A stretch of 64,000 nt of DNA from contig JBBRPR010000003.1 of NCBI GenBank assembly GCA_038227875.1, positions 128,001-192,000 of the forward strand. Direction: 5' to 3'. This DNA comes from Planctomycetota bacterium. Lineage in GTDB: Bacteria; Planctomycetota; SZUA-567; H5-PLA8. Position numbers and translations under genes: made by a program. This document shows, piece after piece, positions 1 to 9,395 of this stretch (positions are counted from its first letter, which is position 1; the number at the start of each line of letters is the position of its first letter). The notes below the pieces were generated by a model. The model had not been told where the DNA came from. It saw only the letters and a list, made by a program, of their open reading frames with translations, and did no database searches.

Positions 1-193
1 CGCCGACGATCGCGACGTGACCGCCCTTTTTCAACAGCAGCTTTGCGGCGGCAGCTGGCGCGGCCGGAGCGGGAGCTGGGACTGGGGCGGGGGCCGGAGC
101 AGGCGCGGGCGTGGGCGGTGCGTCCTCCGCGAAGACGCCGCCACAGGACAGCATGGAACCCAGCACCAAGGCTCGAACAGTTTGGAAATTCAC
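1..193 (-). CDS. Secreted SGNH/GDSL-family hydrolase, 5' part only (runs off the window)
   Basis: Manual translation from GTG at 193: MNFQTVRALVLGSMLSCGGVFA (signal peptide), a PA-rich linker, then LLLKKGGHVAIVG. The end resembles the start of SGNH block I (..vGDS). Confidence 0.6.
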   Translation of the reverse strand, partial: MNFQTVRALVLGSMLSCGGVFAEDAPPTPAPAPAPAPVPAPAPAAPAAAAKLLLKKGGHVAIVG

Positions 194-247
194 AGTCACC
201 CCCAATGAAAAGTGGTTCAGGTAAATCGTCGGCCACCGAACAGCCAA

Positions 248-315
248 TGTTGAATTTTTAATTTTGAATTTTGAATTTTCCATCTGCAGCGCAATTTAAA
301 ATTCAAAATTTAAAC
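248..315. repeat. TTTTGAA-type heptamer inverted repeat
   Basis: ttgaatttttaattttgaattttgaatttt ... aatttaaaattcaaaatttaaa. Confidence 0.7.
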
Positions 316-316
316 G

Positions 317-1075
317 TCATCCCTTTAAGAACGCTTCTGCAATCCCAATGTCTTCCGGTCGCGTGACCTTGATGTTCCGGTCGCTGGATTCGATCAGCGC
401 GACGGGTGCGTTGAAGTATTCGCAGATCGAGGCGTCGTCGGTGAATTCATGATTCGGAGCTTTGGCGGCGATGCGCTGAAAGAGGTCCAGGATCAGCGCT
501 CGCTGGAAGACCTGCGGCGTCTGCGCCAGCCACAGTCCATCGCGCGGGACGGTCTCTTCGATCGCGACGGAACCGGGGACGGCGCGCTTGACGGTGTCTT
601 TGACTTTGCAGGCGAGAATCGCGGCGCCGCCGCCGAGCGCCGAGACGCAGGCGTGGAGCATCGCGTCCTGAGCGGGAAAGGGGCGCGCGGCGTCATGGAT
701 CAGAACAAGGTCGGCGTCGGGCTTCGTTGCGTTGAGACCGTTGAAGACGGAATCCTGCCGCCGCGCGCCGCCGTCGGCGAAGTCGAGCGAGACGTAGCGG
801 GGCAGCTTCGCCAGCTTGGCGGCGTTCATCGCTCGCCGGCGGTCTTCGGGCCGGGTGACCAGCACGATCTGGCGCAGCTGCGGAATTTTGCCGAGCGCGC
901 CGAGCGTCCAGGCGAGGATGGGCTTGCCCTTCAGCTTCAGATACGGTTTGCGGACCTTGCCGCCCATGCGCGACGAGGACCCGGCCGCGACGACGATCGC
1001 GGAACATTGAAACTCGGGAACTGCCGGCACCGCTGCTGCTTTGGTTTTGCTCACGAAATCATTTTTCCGAATCAA
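317..1075 (-). CDS. ispD: 2-C-methyl-D-erythritol 4-phosphate cytidylyltransferase
   Basis: AAGSSSRMG, GGARRQDSV, IHDAARP, QTPQVF, TDDASI, NIKVTRPED motifs. The start may be the GTG at 1054. Confidence 0.93.
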   Translation of the reverse strand: MIRKNDFVSKTKAAAVPAVPEFQCSAIVVAAGSSSRMGGKVRKPYLKLKGKPILAWTLGALGKIPQLRQIVLVTRPEDRRRAMNAAKLAKLPRYVSLDFADGGARRQDSVFNGLNATKPDADLVLIHDAARPFPAQDAMLHACVSALGGGAAILACKVKDTVKRAVPGSVAIEETVPRDGLWLAQTPQVFQRALILDLFQRIAAKAPNHEFTDDASICEYFNAPVALIESSDRNIKVTRPEDIGIAEAFLKG

Positions 1076-1695
1076 GAGTTACCGAAATTGCGGATGATCT
1101 GCAGGCCGGTGTTCTGGCTTTTCTCCGGGTGGAACTGGACGCCGGCGATGTTTCCCCGCCCCGCTGCGGCGCAGAACCGGAAACCGTACTCGGACCACGC
1201 CAGCACATCGGCCGGGTCGGTGGCTTCCGCGTAGAAACTGTGGACGAAGTAGACGTGGCTGCCTGCCGTCAGGCCGCGGAAGAGCGGCTGATTGCCGGCA
1301 ACTTCAAGACTGTTCCAGCCGATCTGCGGGACTTTCAAGGCGCTGCCGCCTTCGAACTGCGGGCCAGCGAATTTTCGCACGCGCCCCTTTAATAGGCCCA
1401 GGCCCTTGACGCCGGGGGATTCCTCGCTGCCTTCGAAGAGCATCTGCAGGCCGACGCAGATCCCCAGGAGCGGCTTGCCACTGGCGACGGCGTCCCGCAG
1501 CGGCGCGACGAAACCGTGCGATTCCAGATTTGACATGCATTCGCCAAACGCGCCGACGCCGGGCAGCACGACTTTCTTCGCCGACGCGAGGCTGGCCGGG
1601 TCGCTGACGAGATGGGCGTCAAAGCCGAGATGCTGAAAGGCCTTCTCCGCGCTGCGCAGGTTACCGATGCCGTAGTCGATGATCGCGATGTCCAT
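1072..1695 (-). CDS. hisH: Imidazole glycerol phosphate synthase glutamine amidotransferase subunit
   Basis: MDIAIIDYGIGNLRS, LPGVGAF, GICVGLQ, YFVHSF, QFHPEKS. Start set at ATG 1695. Confidence 0.95.
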   Translation of the reverse strand: MDIAIIDYGIGNLRSAEKAFQHLGFDAHLVSDPASLASAKKVVLPGVGAFGECMSNLESHGFVAPLRDAVASGKPLLGICVGLQMLFEGSEESPGVKGLGLLKGRVRKFAGPQFEGGSALKVPQIGWNSLEVAGNQPLFRGLTAGSHVYFVHSFYAEATDPADVLAWSEYGFRFCAAAGRGNIAGVQFHPEKSQNTGLQIIRNFGNS

Positions 1696-1812
1696 GATGG
1701 TGGAAGCGTACCCGAAGGCTGGCGGCGGGAAAAGTGGAGGGGAGAGCGGGGGAGGGGGCTCGGCCGCATCCTGACATGTACGATTCCTCCCTTTATTGTA
1801 ATCTGATGGACC

Positions 1813-2961
1813 ATGGCTAAGAAACCTGCACCTCAAGCCCTCTCCGCGCGCGATGCAAAATGGACGCGGGAGACGCTGCCGCGCGTCGTGCTGATCATCG
1901 GGCCGGAGACGACTCTGCGCGAAGATGCCATCGCGGCGGCCAAGAAGGCGGCGCTGGGCGAAGCGGGGGACGACACGGGAATAAATTGGATCGTCAAGCA
2001 TGGGCCGCAGAATCAGAACGATCCCGATACGCTCAAGCCCGCCGATGTCCTCGACGAACTCTGCACGGCGTCGATGTTCTCCTCGGGCGATGAAATCAAG
2101 GTCGTGCTCGTGCGCCAGGCGGACATCTTTCTGAAGAAGTACTTCGCGGTGCTCGAGGACAACTACAAGAATATTCCGAGTACGTCGACGCTGATCCTGG
2201 AAGCCAGCGGGTATGGCAACATGAAGTCGACGCGCTTCTACGCGCAGCTGGCGGAAAACCGCGGCGTGATCGACTGCGAATCGCTGGCGGGAAAATTCGG
2301 CGACAGCAGTGAGCTCGAGCAGGAAGTCAGCCGCCGCGCGCTGGCTCGCGGTCTGGTGTTGCAGCCGGCGGCGCTGATCGCGCTGATGAACCGCAGTGCC
2401 AAGACGCTGGCGGCCATCGACGAAGAGCTGAGCAAGCTGGCCCTGGCCTTGAAGCCCGCGGGAGAAGAAGGCGCGGGCGCGACGGGGATCAAGGTCTCGC
2501 AGGAGGACATCGAAGAAATCTGCGCCTCGACGGCGACGTTCAATGCTTTCAACTTCGCCGACGCGGTGCTGGAACGGAACGCGCGGCAGTCGCTGGAGAT
2601 TCTCGGCTCGCTGCTCGAGCGCGGGCTGGCAGACTCCGCCAAGCCGGGGAAGGTGATCTCCAATGAAGGCGCGATCGCGATCATGCTTTTCGCCGCGCTG
2701 AACTACAAGCTCTGCCAGCTGCAGGACATTCGCGCGATTCTCGACAATGGCTCAAGCGAAAACGAAGCGTACAAGGCGGCGAAAGTGCCGTACTTCCGGC
2801 AACAGGCGATGGCCGCGACGCTGCGCCGGCACACGGGAGCGTCGCTGCGCCGCTGCATGGACGCGCTTTTCCAGGCGAATCTGAACATGCGCATGGGCGG
2901 CGGCACTAATCCGCGCGACGTGATGGAAGAGATGGTCTGGAAAATCTGCAAGTCGAATTAG
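1813..2961 (+). CDS. holA: DNA polymerase III subunit delta
   Basis: VVLIIGPE..LR, TASMFS..KVVLVR, EELSKLAL, FNFADAVL, and a C-terminal helical domain typical of HolA. Confidence 0.75.
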   Translation: MAKKPAPQALSARDAKWTRETLPRVVLIIGPETTLREDAIAAAKKAALGEAGDDTGINWIVKHGPQNQNDPDTLKPADVLDELCTASMFSSGDEIKVVLVRQADIFLKKYFAVLEDNYKNIPSTSTLILEASGYGNMKSTRFYAQLAENRGVIDCESLAGKFGDSSELEQEVSRRALARGLVLQPAALIALMNRSAKTLAAIDEELSKLALALKPAGEEGAGATGIKVSQEDIEEICASTATFNAFNFADAVLERNARQSLEILGSLLERGLADSAKPGKVISNEGAIAIMLFAALNYKLCQLQDIRAILDNGSSENEAYKAAKVPYFRQQAMAATLRRHTGASLRRCMDALFQANLNMRMGGGTNPRDVMEEMVWKICKSN

Positions 2962-3007
2962 AAATTCAAAAGTCATAATTCAAAAACGCACGCGGATGGG
3001 GGCGGTC

Positions 3008-3592
3008 ATGAGCCAGACGAAGATTTCTCTGCCTTACCCGGATGAGCACGTGGACATTGACGCGATTTACGCGACTCCGACGGTGGATCCGAGCGTGTGG
3101 ATTTCGCCCAACGCTGTGGTGAATGGGCGGGTGACGCTGAAGGCGCGGGCCTCGGTCTGGTACAACTGCGTGCTGCGCGGCGATAGCGAACGGATTGAAG
3201 TGGGCGAAGAGAGTAACATTCAGGACGGCTCGATTCTGCATGTCGACCAGGGCTATCCCTGCATCGTCGGCAAGCGCGTGACGCTGGGGCACAACGCGAT
3301 CGTGCATGGTTGCGAAGTTCACGACGGCGCGCTGATCGGCATCGCGGCGACGGTGCTCAGCCGCAGCGTCATTGGCGAAGGCGCGCTGATCGCGGCTGGA
3401 GCGTTGATCCTCGAAGGGACCGTCGTTCCCCCGCACACGCTCTGGGTCGGCTCCCCGGCCAAGCAGGTGAAGGAATTGACCCCGGCGCAGCGCGAACGAC
3501 TGGCGACCACCTATCGCCACTACGTCAATAATGGAGCGGTCTACTTGGCCCGGTACGGCCGCGCGCACATTGATGCGATGCTCAAAGCGTGA
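3008..3592 (+). CDS. Gamma carbonic anhydrase family (hexapeptide repeat) protein
   Basis: VLRGD, SNIQDGSILH, GHNAIVHGC, GSPAK motifs. Confidence 0.9.
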   Translation: MSQTKISLPYPDEHVDIDAIYATPTVDPSVWISPNAVVNGRVTLKARASVWYNCVLRGDSERIEVGEESNIQDGSILHVDQGYPCIVGKRVTLGHNAIVHGCEVHDGALIGIAATVLSRSVIGEGALIAAGALILEGTVVPPHTLWVGSPAKQVKELTPAQRERLATTYRHYVNNGAVYLARYGRAHIDAMLKA

Positions 3593-3695
3593 CCCGTTTT
3601 TGTTAAGAATGATTTGTTGACGTGTATCCCATCTCGGTGCAAGTATAGTAAGGTTTCAACGACGGAATATTTAAAGGTTCCACGGGAGACTGACC

Positions 3696-5909
3696 ATGTC
3701 GGGCAAAGCTGAAAGGGCCGTTCGCACCACCATTGTAAAGGCATTGGAGCGCGAAGGGATCGGTTCGGACCACTTCAACAACCGCGAGCTGAGCTGGCTG
3801 GAGTTCAATTCCCGCGTCCTGGAAGAGGCTCGCGATCCCAGCGTGCCGTTGCTGGAACGCTTGAAGTTCCTCGCCATTTTCAGTTCCAATCTCGACGAAT
3901 TTTTCATGATCCGCGTCGCCGGCGTGAAGCATCAGATCTCCGCGGGCATAGAAGAAGTCGGCCCCGACGGGCTGACGCCGACGGTGGCGATGGAAGCGAT
4001 CTCCAAGCGCATCCATCAACTGACCAAGCTCCAGCATCTGTGCTTCAAAGAGGAGATCGGACCGCTGCTGGAAGCGCAGGGCATCCGCATCGTTCCTCCC
4101 GATCGGCTCGACGACAAGCAGCGCGAGTTCGTGCTTGATTACTTCAAGAAGACGCTGTTTCCCGTGATCACGCCGCTGGCGCTCGATCCGGGACATCCGT
4201 TCCCGCATCTGGCCAACAAGACGCTCTGCCTCGTGGCGCAGTTGAAGCCGTTAAAGTCGAGCGCGATTCCGTTCAGCAACACGGCGTTCATTCACGTGCC
4301 GAGCTCGGTGGTTAACCGTTTCATCAAATTGCCAGCGGGACCGGGGCAGCACGATTTCATTCTGCTCGAAGACGTGCTGCGCATGAACGTGATGCATCTG
4401 TTCAACGGTTACGAAGTGAAGACCTGTGTACCGATCCGCTTGACCCGCGACAGCGACGTGCTGATCGACGAAGACAACGCCGCCGACTTGATGACGATCA
4501 TCGAGCAGGGACTCCGCGGACGCCGGCGCGGTTCGGTCGTGCGCCTGCAGTACCACAGCGCGCTACCCGACTCGACGCTCGACACGCTCGTCGACCAGCT
4601 CGATCTGAAGGAATGCGATCTCTATCCCACCGACGACTTCATAGCCTTCTCCGATCTCTTCCAGCTCTATAGCGCGCTGGATCTGCCGGCCTTGAAAGAC
4701 GCGTCGTTTACGCCACAGCCGTCGCCGGCCTTCCAAGGCGCCGACCACGTCTTCGCGGCGATTCGCGAGCAGGATATTCTCGTTCATCATCCGTACGAGA
4801 ACTTCGATCCGGTGATCCAGTTCATCCGCCAGGCCGCCGACGATCCGAAGGTTCTGGCGATCAAGATGACGCTTTACCGCGTCGGCAACCACAGTCCCAT
4901 CGCGCAGGACCTCGTGCGCGCGGCGCTCAACGGCAAGCAGGTCGCGGTGCTCATGGAATTGAAAGCGCGCTTCGACGAAGAGGCCAATATCCTCTGGGCG
5001 CGGCGACTCGTCGACGCCGGCGCGCATGTCATCTATGGGCTGGTGGGATTGAAGACGCATTGCAAGGCCGCGCTGGTAGTCCGGCGCGAAGGCATGGGCA
5101 TCCGCCGCTACGTCCATCTCGGCACCGGAAATTACAACGACCGCACTGCGCGCTTGTACGCCGACTTCGGGCTCTTCACCACTGATGAGAAGACCGGCGA
5201 AGACATCACCAATCTCTTCAACATCATCACCGGCTATTCGCGGCCGCCGACGTTCCATCACATCGAAATCGCGCCGACCGGTCTGCGCACCAAACTGCTC
5301 AGCCTGATCCGCCGCGAAGTCGAGAACAAGAAAGCCGGCAAGGTCGGGCACATGATTCTGAAGGTGAACAATCTCCAGGATCCATTGCTGATCGCGGAAC
5401 TCTACGCCGCTTCAAAGGCCGGCGTGAAGATCGATCTGATCCTGCGCTCCGTCTGCTGCCTGAAACCGGGCGTGCCGGGGTTGAGCGAGAACATCCGCTG
5501 CGTCAGCATCCTCGATCGTTTCCTGGAACACACGCGCCTGGCGTACTTCCACAACGACGGCAAGCCGGAATATTACCTCGCGTCCGCCGACTGGATGCAG
5601 CGCAATCTCGATCGGCGTATCGAGCTGATGTTCCCAATCGTCGACAAGCGGCTGCATGAACACCTCTGGAGCTTCCTGCAGTTGCAGCTGGCCGACAACG
5701 TGAAGGCGCGGTTGCTGAAGCCCGATTGCACCAACACCCGCCTGCAGCCGGCCAAGGGCGCGCCACGTGTGCGTTCGCAAGAACGGCTGATCGAAGCGGC
5801 CATGGGCCTGGCGATGAACGGTCAATGGGGCAATCTCAAACCGGAATACGTCGCCTCGGAATCGAAGATCTCGTCGGCCGTCTCGTCGGAAACGCATCTG
5901 GCGAGCTGA
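3696..5909 (+). CDS. ppk1: Polyphosphate kinase 1
   Basis: NRELSWLEFN, SSNLDEFFMIRV, HHPYE, ELKARFDEE, KTHCK, GTGNYN, RFLEH, SADWMQRNLDRRIE. Confidence 0.97.
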   Translation: MSGKAERAVRTTIVKALEREGIGSDHFNNRELSWLEFNSRVLEEARDPSVPLLERLKFLAIFSSNLDEFFMIRVAGVKHQISAGIEEVGPDGLTPTVAMEAISKRIHQLTKLQHLCFKEEIGPLLEAQGIRIVPPDRLDDKQREFVLDYFKKTLFPVITPLALDPGHPFPHLANKTLCLVAQLKPLKSSAIPFSNTAFIHVPSSVVNRFIKLPAGPGQHDFILLEDVLRMNVMHLFNGYEVKTCVPIRLTRDSDVLIDEDNAADLMTIIEQGLRGRRRGSVVRLQYHSALPDSTLDTLVDQLDLKECDLYPTDDFIAFSDLFQLYSALDLPALKDASFTPQPSPAFQGADHVFAAIREQDILVHHPYENFDPVIQFIRQAADDPKVLAIKMTLYRVGNHSPIAQDLVRAALNGKQVAVLMELKARFDEEANILWARRLVDAGAHVIYGLVGLKTHCKAALVVRREGMGIRRYVHLGTGNYNDRTARLYADFGLFTTDEKTGEDITNLFNIITGYSRPPTFHHIEIAPTGLRTKLLSLIRREVENKKAGKVGHMILKVNNLQDPLLIAELYAASKAGVKIDLILRSVCCLKPGVPGLSENIRCVSILDRFLEHTRLAYFHNDGKPEYYLASADWMQRNLDRRIELMFPIVDKRLHEHLWSFLQLQLADNVKARLLKPDCTNTRLQPAKGAPRVRSQERLIEAAMGLAMNGQWGNLKPEYVASESKISSAVSSETHLAS

Positions 5910-6060
5910 CCTGAAATAAGCGCGATGCTATTTTTCCTACTGGCGGATGGCTGAAAGCCGCCAGTTTGCCCACCTTTCTCCACCCGCATTCGAAAATCTG
6001 TTGCATCGTGCACATTGTGTGCCAAGATGACTTCTCGACTATGTTGGGGAGTCGCAGGCC

Positions 6061-7524
6061 ATGAATTTCTATTTCTGCGAGACGTGCGGCAAGCGCGTTA
6101 CCGATATCGATATCCAAAAAGGCGACGGCCGCGACAAGAAGCTCAAGGGCGTCTACTGTTCCTCCTGTGCCGTCGGCGTGAATACGATGGAAATGGAAGC
6201 GATCACCGACGCGGAAATCCAGTCCTCCCAATCCAAGTCCGTACATTCGCACACCACCGCCGACATGGAAGCGGTCTCCGACCCACCGCGGCGCATCCCG
6301 ACCACGACGATGCGTGCGACGAAACTCAGCGAAACCAAAGCCACAACCCACACCACCGCAGCCCGCGTCTCCGGCGGCAAGAAGCCACCCAGCGGTTCGG
6401 CCGACCGGGTTAAAAACAACACGCCGCTCCTTCTCGGCGGCGCGGCGCTCATCGTGATGACGCTGGGTGTGATTGTGCTGCTGGCGACAGGGAAAAGTAC
6501 TGCGGAGAAGAAAACCGCCGCGGCTCCCGAGCTCAAGAAAACAGCCGAGCCCGCTCCCGCTCCTGCCAACGCCGTTGAATCGCCGCATGAGCTGCCAGCC
6601 TCAGCCCCGTTGACTCGCGCCACGACACCTGAGGCTGCGCCTCCCGCATCCGTAACCGCGCAGCCGGTGTCGGTCTTTCAGGATCAGGGCGAAGACATCC
6701 GTGACTCGCTGGCAGCCCAGAAGCTCAGCGACATCGAACAACTCAAGAAAGACGGCAAGCTAAGCATCGAACAGCTCCGGGCAAAGTACACCGAGCTGGC
6801 GGAGTCCTCCTACAAGACAACGAAGGCCGGCAAACAGGCGGCGGAACTCCTGCTCAAACTGCCTCCCCAAGAAAAACCCGCGTCGGACGTGGCGCAAGCT
6901 CCGGCTCCAGCCGCACCGGAAATTCCTGTTTTGTCTGGTCAACCCCAACCGCCACCCGCCGGCGCAACCACACCGCCCGTAAAAACGGCTGCCACTGCGC
7001 CTGCCACTCCTGCGACGACAGGCAAGAGCGTCTGGTGGGAAGGCGAGAGCGCCATCGAGAACAACTTCATCTGGCACGTCTGGCTGGCCGAGCAGCTCGA
7101 CAAGAACAATCTCTCCGGCGGCAAGTACCTCAACCATCTCAACGATCTCGTCTGGATCAAGAGTCAGCGCAAGACCCCGCCGACGACTCTGCATGCCAAG
7201 TGGATCGTCGATGTGCCGGCCGACGCCACCTACACGCTCTGGGTGCGCGAATACGATCCGTTCTGCGGCGTGCTCTGGAAATTCAAGTGGGACGAAACTG
7301 GCACCTTCTTCAGCGTTCCGGCCAACTACCCTTCAGAGAACCGCGTCGAGGTGGGCAAGGACCGTCCGCTGGTCTGGCGCAACTATCCCAATCAGGTTCT
7401 GAAAAAGGGAAAGCACACGTTTATCATGGAGGCCCCGGTCGAAGGCGCGCATACCGTGGCGGGATTCGACTGCTTCTACCTGACGACCGACCCGTTCAAA
7501 CCCGACGGCGCAAAAAAGCCTTAA
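6061..7524 (+). CDS. Membrane-anchored protein: N-terminal CxxC-x23-CxxC Zn finger, TM helix, Pro/Ala linkers, C-terminal CBM-like beta-sandwich
   Basis: MNFYFCETCG...YCSSC; hydrophobic LLLGGAALIVMTLGVIVLLA; C-terminal domain VWWEGE..LSGGKYL..LKKGKHT..FDCFYLT. Confidence 0.8.
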   Translation: MNFYFCETCGKRVTDIDIQKGDGRDKKLKGVYCSSCAVGVNTMEMEAITDAEIQSSQSKSVHSHTTADMEAVSDPPRRIPTTTMRATKLSETKATTHTTAARVSGGKKPPSGSADRVKNNTPLLLGGAALIVMTLGVIVLLATGKSTAEKKTAAAPELKKTAEPAPAPANAVESPHELPASAPLTRATTPEAAPPASVTAQPVSVFQDQGEDIRDSLAAQKLSDIEQLKKDGKLSIEQLRAKYTELAESSYKTTKAGKQAAELLLKLPPQEKPASDVAQAPAPAAPEIPVLSGQPQPPPAGATTPPVKTAATAPATPATTGKSVWWEGESAIENNFIWHVWLAEQLDKNNLSGGKYLNHLNDLVWIKSQRKTPPTTLHAKWIVDVPADATYTLWVREYDPFCGVLWKFKWDETGTFFSVPANYPSENRVEVGKDRPLVWRNYPNQVLKKGKHTFIMEAPVEGAHTVAGFDCFYLTTDPFKPDGAKKP

Positions 7525-7532
7525 GCCCGCCA

Positions 7533-8012
7533 CTACGCGCCGAACATCTTCACACGCGTTTCCGTCGCCAGCTCGTCGCAGCGTTCGTTCTCGGGATGGC
7601 CCGAATGGCCGCGCGTCCATTCCCACTTCACCGTGTGTTTCTGTATCAGCGCGTCAAGCGCTTCCCAGAGTTCGCGGTTTTTCACGGGCTGCTTCGTTGA
7701 ACTCTTCCAGCCGTTGCGCTTCCAGTTTACGATCCAGTTCTGGCGGAAGGCATTGGCGACGTACTCGCTGTCGGTGACGATCGTGACCAGGCACGGCACC
7801 TTCAACTCTTCCAGCGCGCGCGTGACAGCGGTCAGTTCCATGCGATTGTTGGTCGTCTGCGCTTCGCCGCCGGTCAGTTCCTTCTCTTTTTCGCCGTAGC
7901 GCAGGATCGCCGCCCAGGCCCCCGGCCCGGGATTCGGGCGGCAGCCGCCATCGCAGAAAATCATGACCTTGGGCGCAGCCTTGGCCGCCGGTGGTTTGGC
8001 GTCAGCGCTCAT
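7533..8012 (-). CDS. rnhA: Ribonuclease HI
   Basis: [43 protein letters not shown]. Confidence 0.96.
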   Translation of the reverse strand: MSADAKPPAAKAAPKVMIFCDGGCRPNPGPGAWAAILRYGEKEKELTGGEAQTTNNRMELTAVTRALEELKVPCLVTIVTDSEYVANAFRQNWIVNWKRNGWKSSTKQPVKNRELWEALDALIQKHTVKWEWTRGHSGHPENERCDELATETRVKMFGA

Positions 8013-9161
8013 TTAGAGGATCACCAGGTTGTCGCGATGGACGACTTCTTCGAATAGGAGCTGCCCGATCTCTTTCAGCACCTGCGACGTCTTCTTGCCC
8101 CGAATCCGCTCGATTTCATTGGCGGAAAAGTTGGTCAGTCCGCGCGCGAACTCGCGGTCGTTGCACATCAGCGAGACCAGTTCGCCCGAATCGTATTTGC
8201 CCTTCACCGCCACGACGCCCGACGGCAGCAGGCTCTTGTGGCCCTTCACCAGCGCGTCGCGCGCACCGGCGTCGACGCAGATGGAACCCTTCGGGTGGCT
8301 GGTGAACGCCAGCCAGTGCTTACGCGCACTGATGCGGTCGACGCGCGGCTTGAAAAACGTGCCGACCTCGCGGCCAGCGATGATGTCCTGGAGAATCGAC
8401 GGATCGTGACCCGGCGCAAGCACCAGCATGAAGCCCGAAGCCATCGCGATTTTCGCCGCCTGCAGTTTGCTGACCATGCCGCCGGTGCCCAGAAACGAGC
8501 CCGTCGGCCGCGCCACTGCTTCGAGCGCCGGGGTCATCTCCTCCACCAGCGGAATGACTTTGGCATCGGGATTCGAACGTGGATCGGCGTCCATCAGGCC
8601 GGCGACATCGGTCAGGATGATCAGCAGATCCGATTCCGAGACGCCCGCCACCAGCGCCGAAAGCGTGTCGTTATCGCCGAAGCGGATTTCCTCGACGCTG
8701 ACCGTGTCGTTCTCGTTGATGATCGGCACCGCGCGCTTTTTCAGCAGCGTCAGCATGGTGTTGCGTGTGTTCAGGTACCGGTCGCGTTCAACCAGGCCAT
8801 CGCGCGTGAGCAGCAGTTGACCGACGCTGAGCTTCGGTTTGGTGCGCTTGAACGCCTGCGCGTAAATCTTCATCAGCTCCACTTGCCCGGCGGCCGCGCA
8901 GGCCTGGCGCTCGGGGAGCGTATCGGGGCGCTTCTCATAGCCGAGCACACCGCACCCCGCGCCAATCGCGCCGGACGTGACGATCGCCACTTCACGCCCT
9001 TCGGCCCACAGCGCGCTAACGGCGCGGCTGAGCTTGATCACGAAGCGCCGGTCGACGGTGGTCGAATTTCCGGTCAGCAGCGCCGTGCCGACTTTGACGA
9101 TGATGCGCCGCGCGGATTTAAGCTCCACGCGCTCGAGAGAGAGGGGACTTTGGCGATGCAT
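8013..9161 (-). CDS. proB: Glutamate 5-kinase with PUA domain
   Basis: IIVKVGT, VTSGAIGAG, AAAGQ, IINENDTV, FGDNDTLS, GTGGMVSK, C-terminal EVVHRDNLV. Start inferred at ATG 9161. Confidence 0.95.
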   Translation of the reverse strand: MHRQSPLSLERVELKSARRIIVKVGTALLTGNSTTVDRRFVIKLSRAVSALWAEGREVAIVTSGAIGAGCGVLGYEKRPDTLPERQACAAAGQVELMKIYAQAFKRTKPKLSVGQLLLTRDGLVERDRYLNTRNTMLTLLKKRAVPIINENDTVSVEEIRFGDNDTLSALVAGVSESDLLIILTDVAGLMDADPRSNPDAKVIPLVEEMTPALEAVARPTGSFLGTGGMVSKLQAAKIAMASGFMLVLAPGHDPSILQDIIAGREVGTFFKPRVDRISARKHWLAFTSHPKGSICVDAGARDALVKGHKSLLPSGVVAVKGKYDSGELVSLMCNDREFARGLTNFSANEIERIRGKKTSQVLKEIGQLLFEEVVHRDNLVIL

Positions 9162-9395
9162 GGGAACATAATAGGGATGCGGTGAAAAAACTCCAGCGTA
9201 CCGCCGCTGTACGACCGGCAACGCGCTGGGCCCCTTTTTCGCTCCTCGAAAATATGGCGTCCTTGACCCATTGCATGTGATCCTTGTAAAAGTGATACTG
9301 CCCAACGGGGATTCTTGCGAATTCTCCGCACCACACGTGCGTCGTGTGTATGCAAAATCACGTCGACTACCCATAGGGAAATACGGGGAAATACC

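Noticed and set aside
1696..2001. N-terminal extension of HisH
   Set aside because: It overlaps holA on the opposite strand. The canonical HisH start is at 1695.
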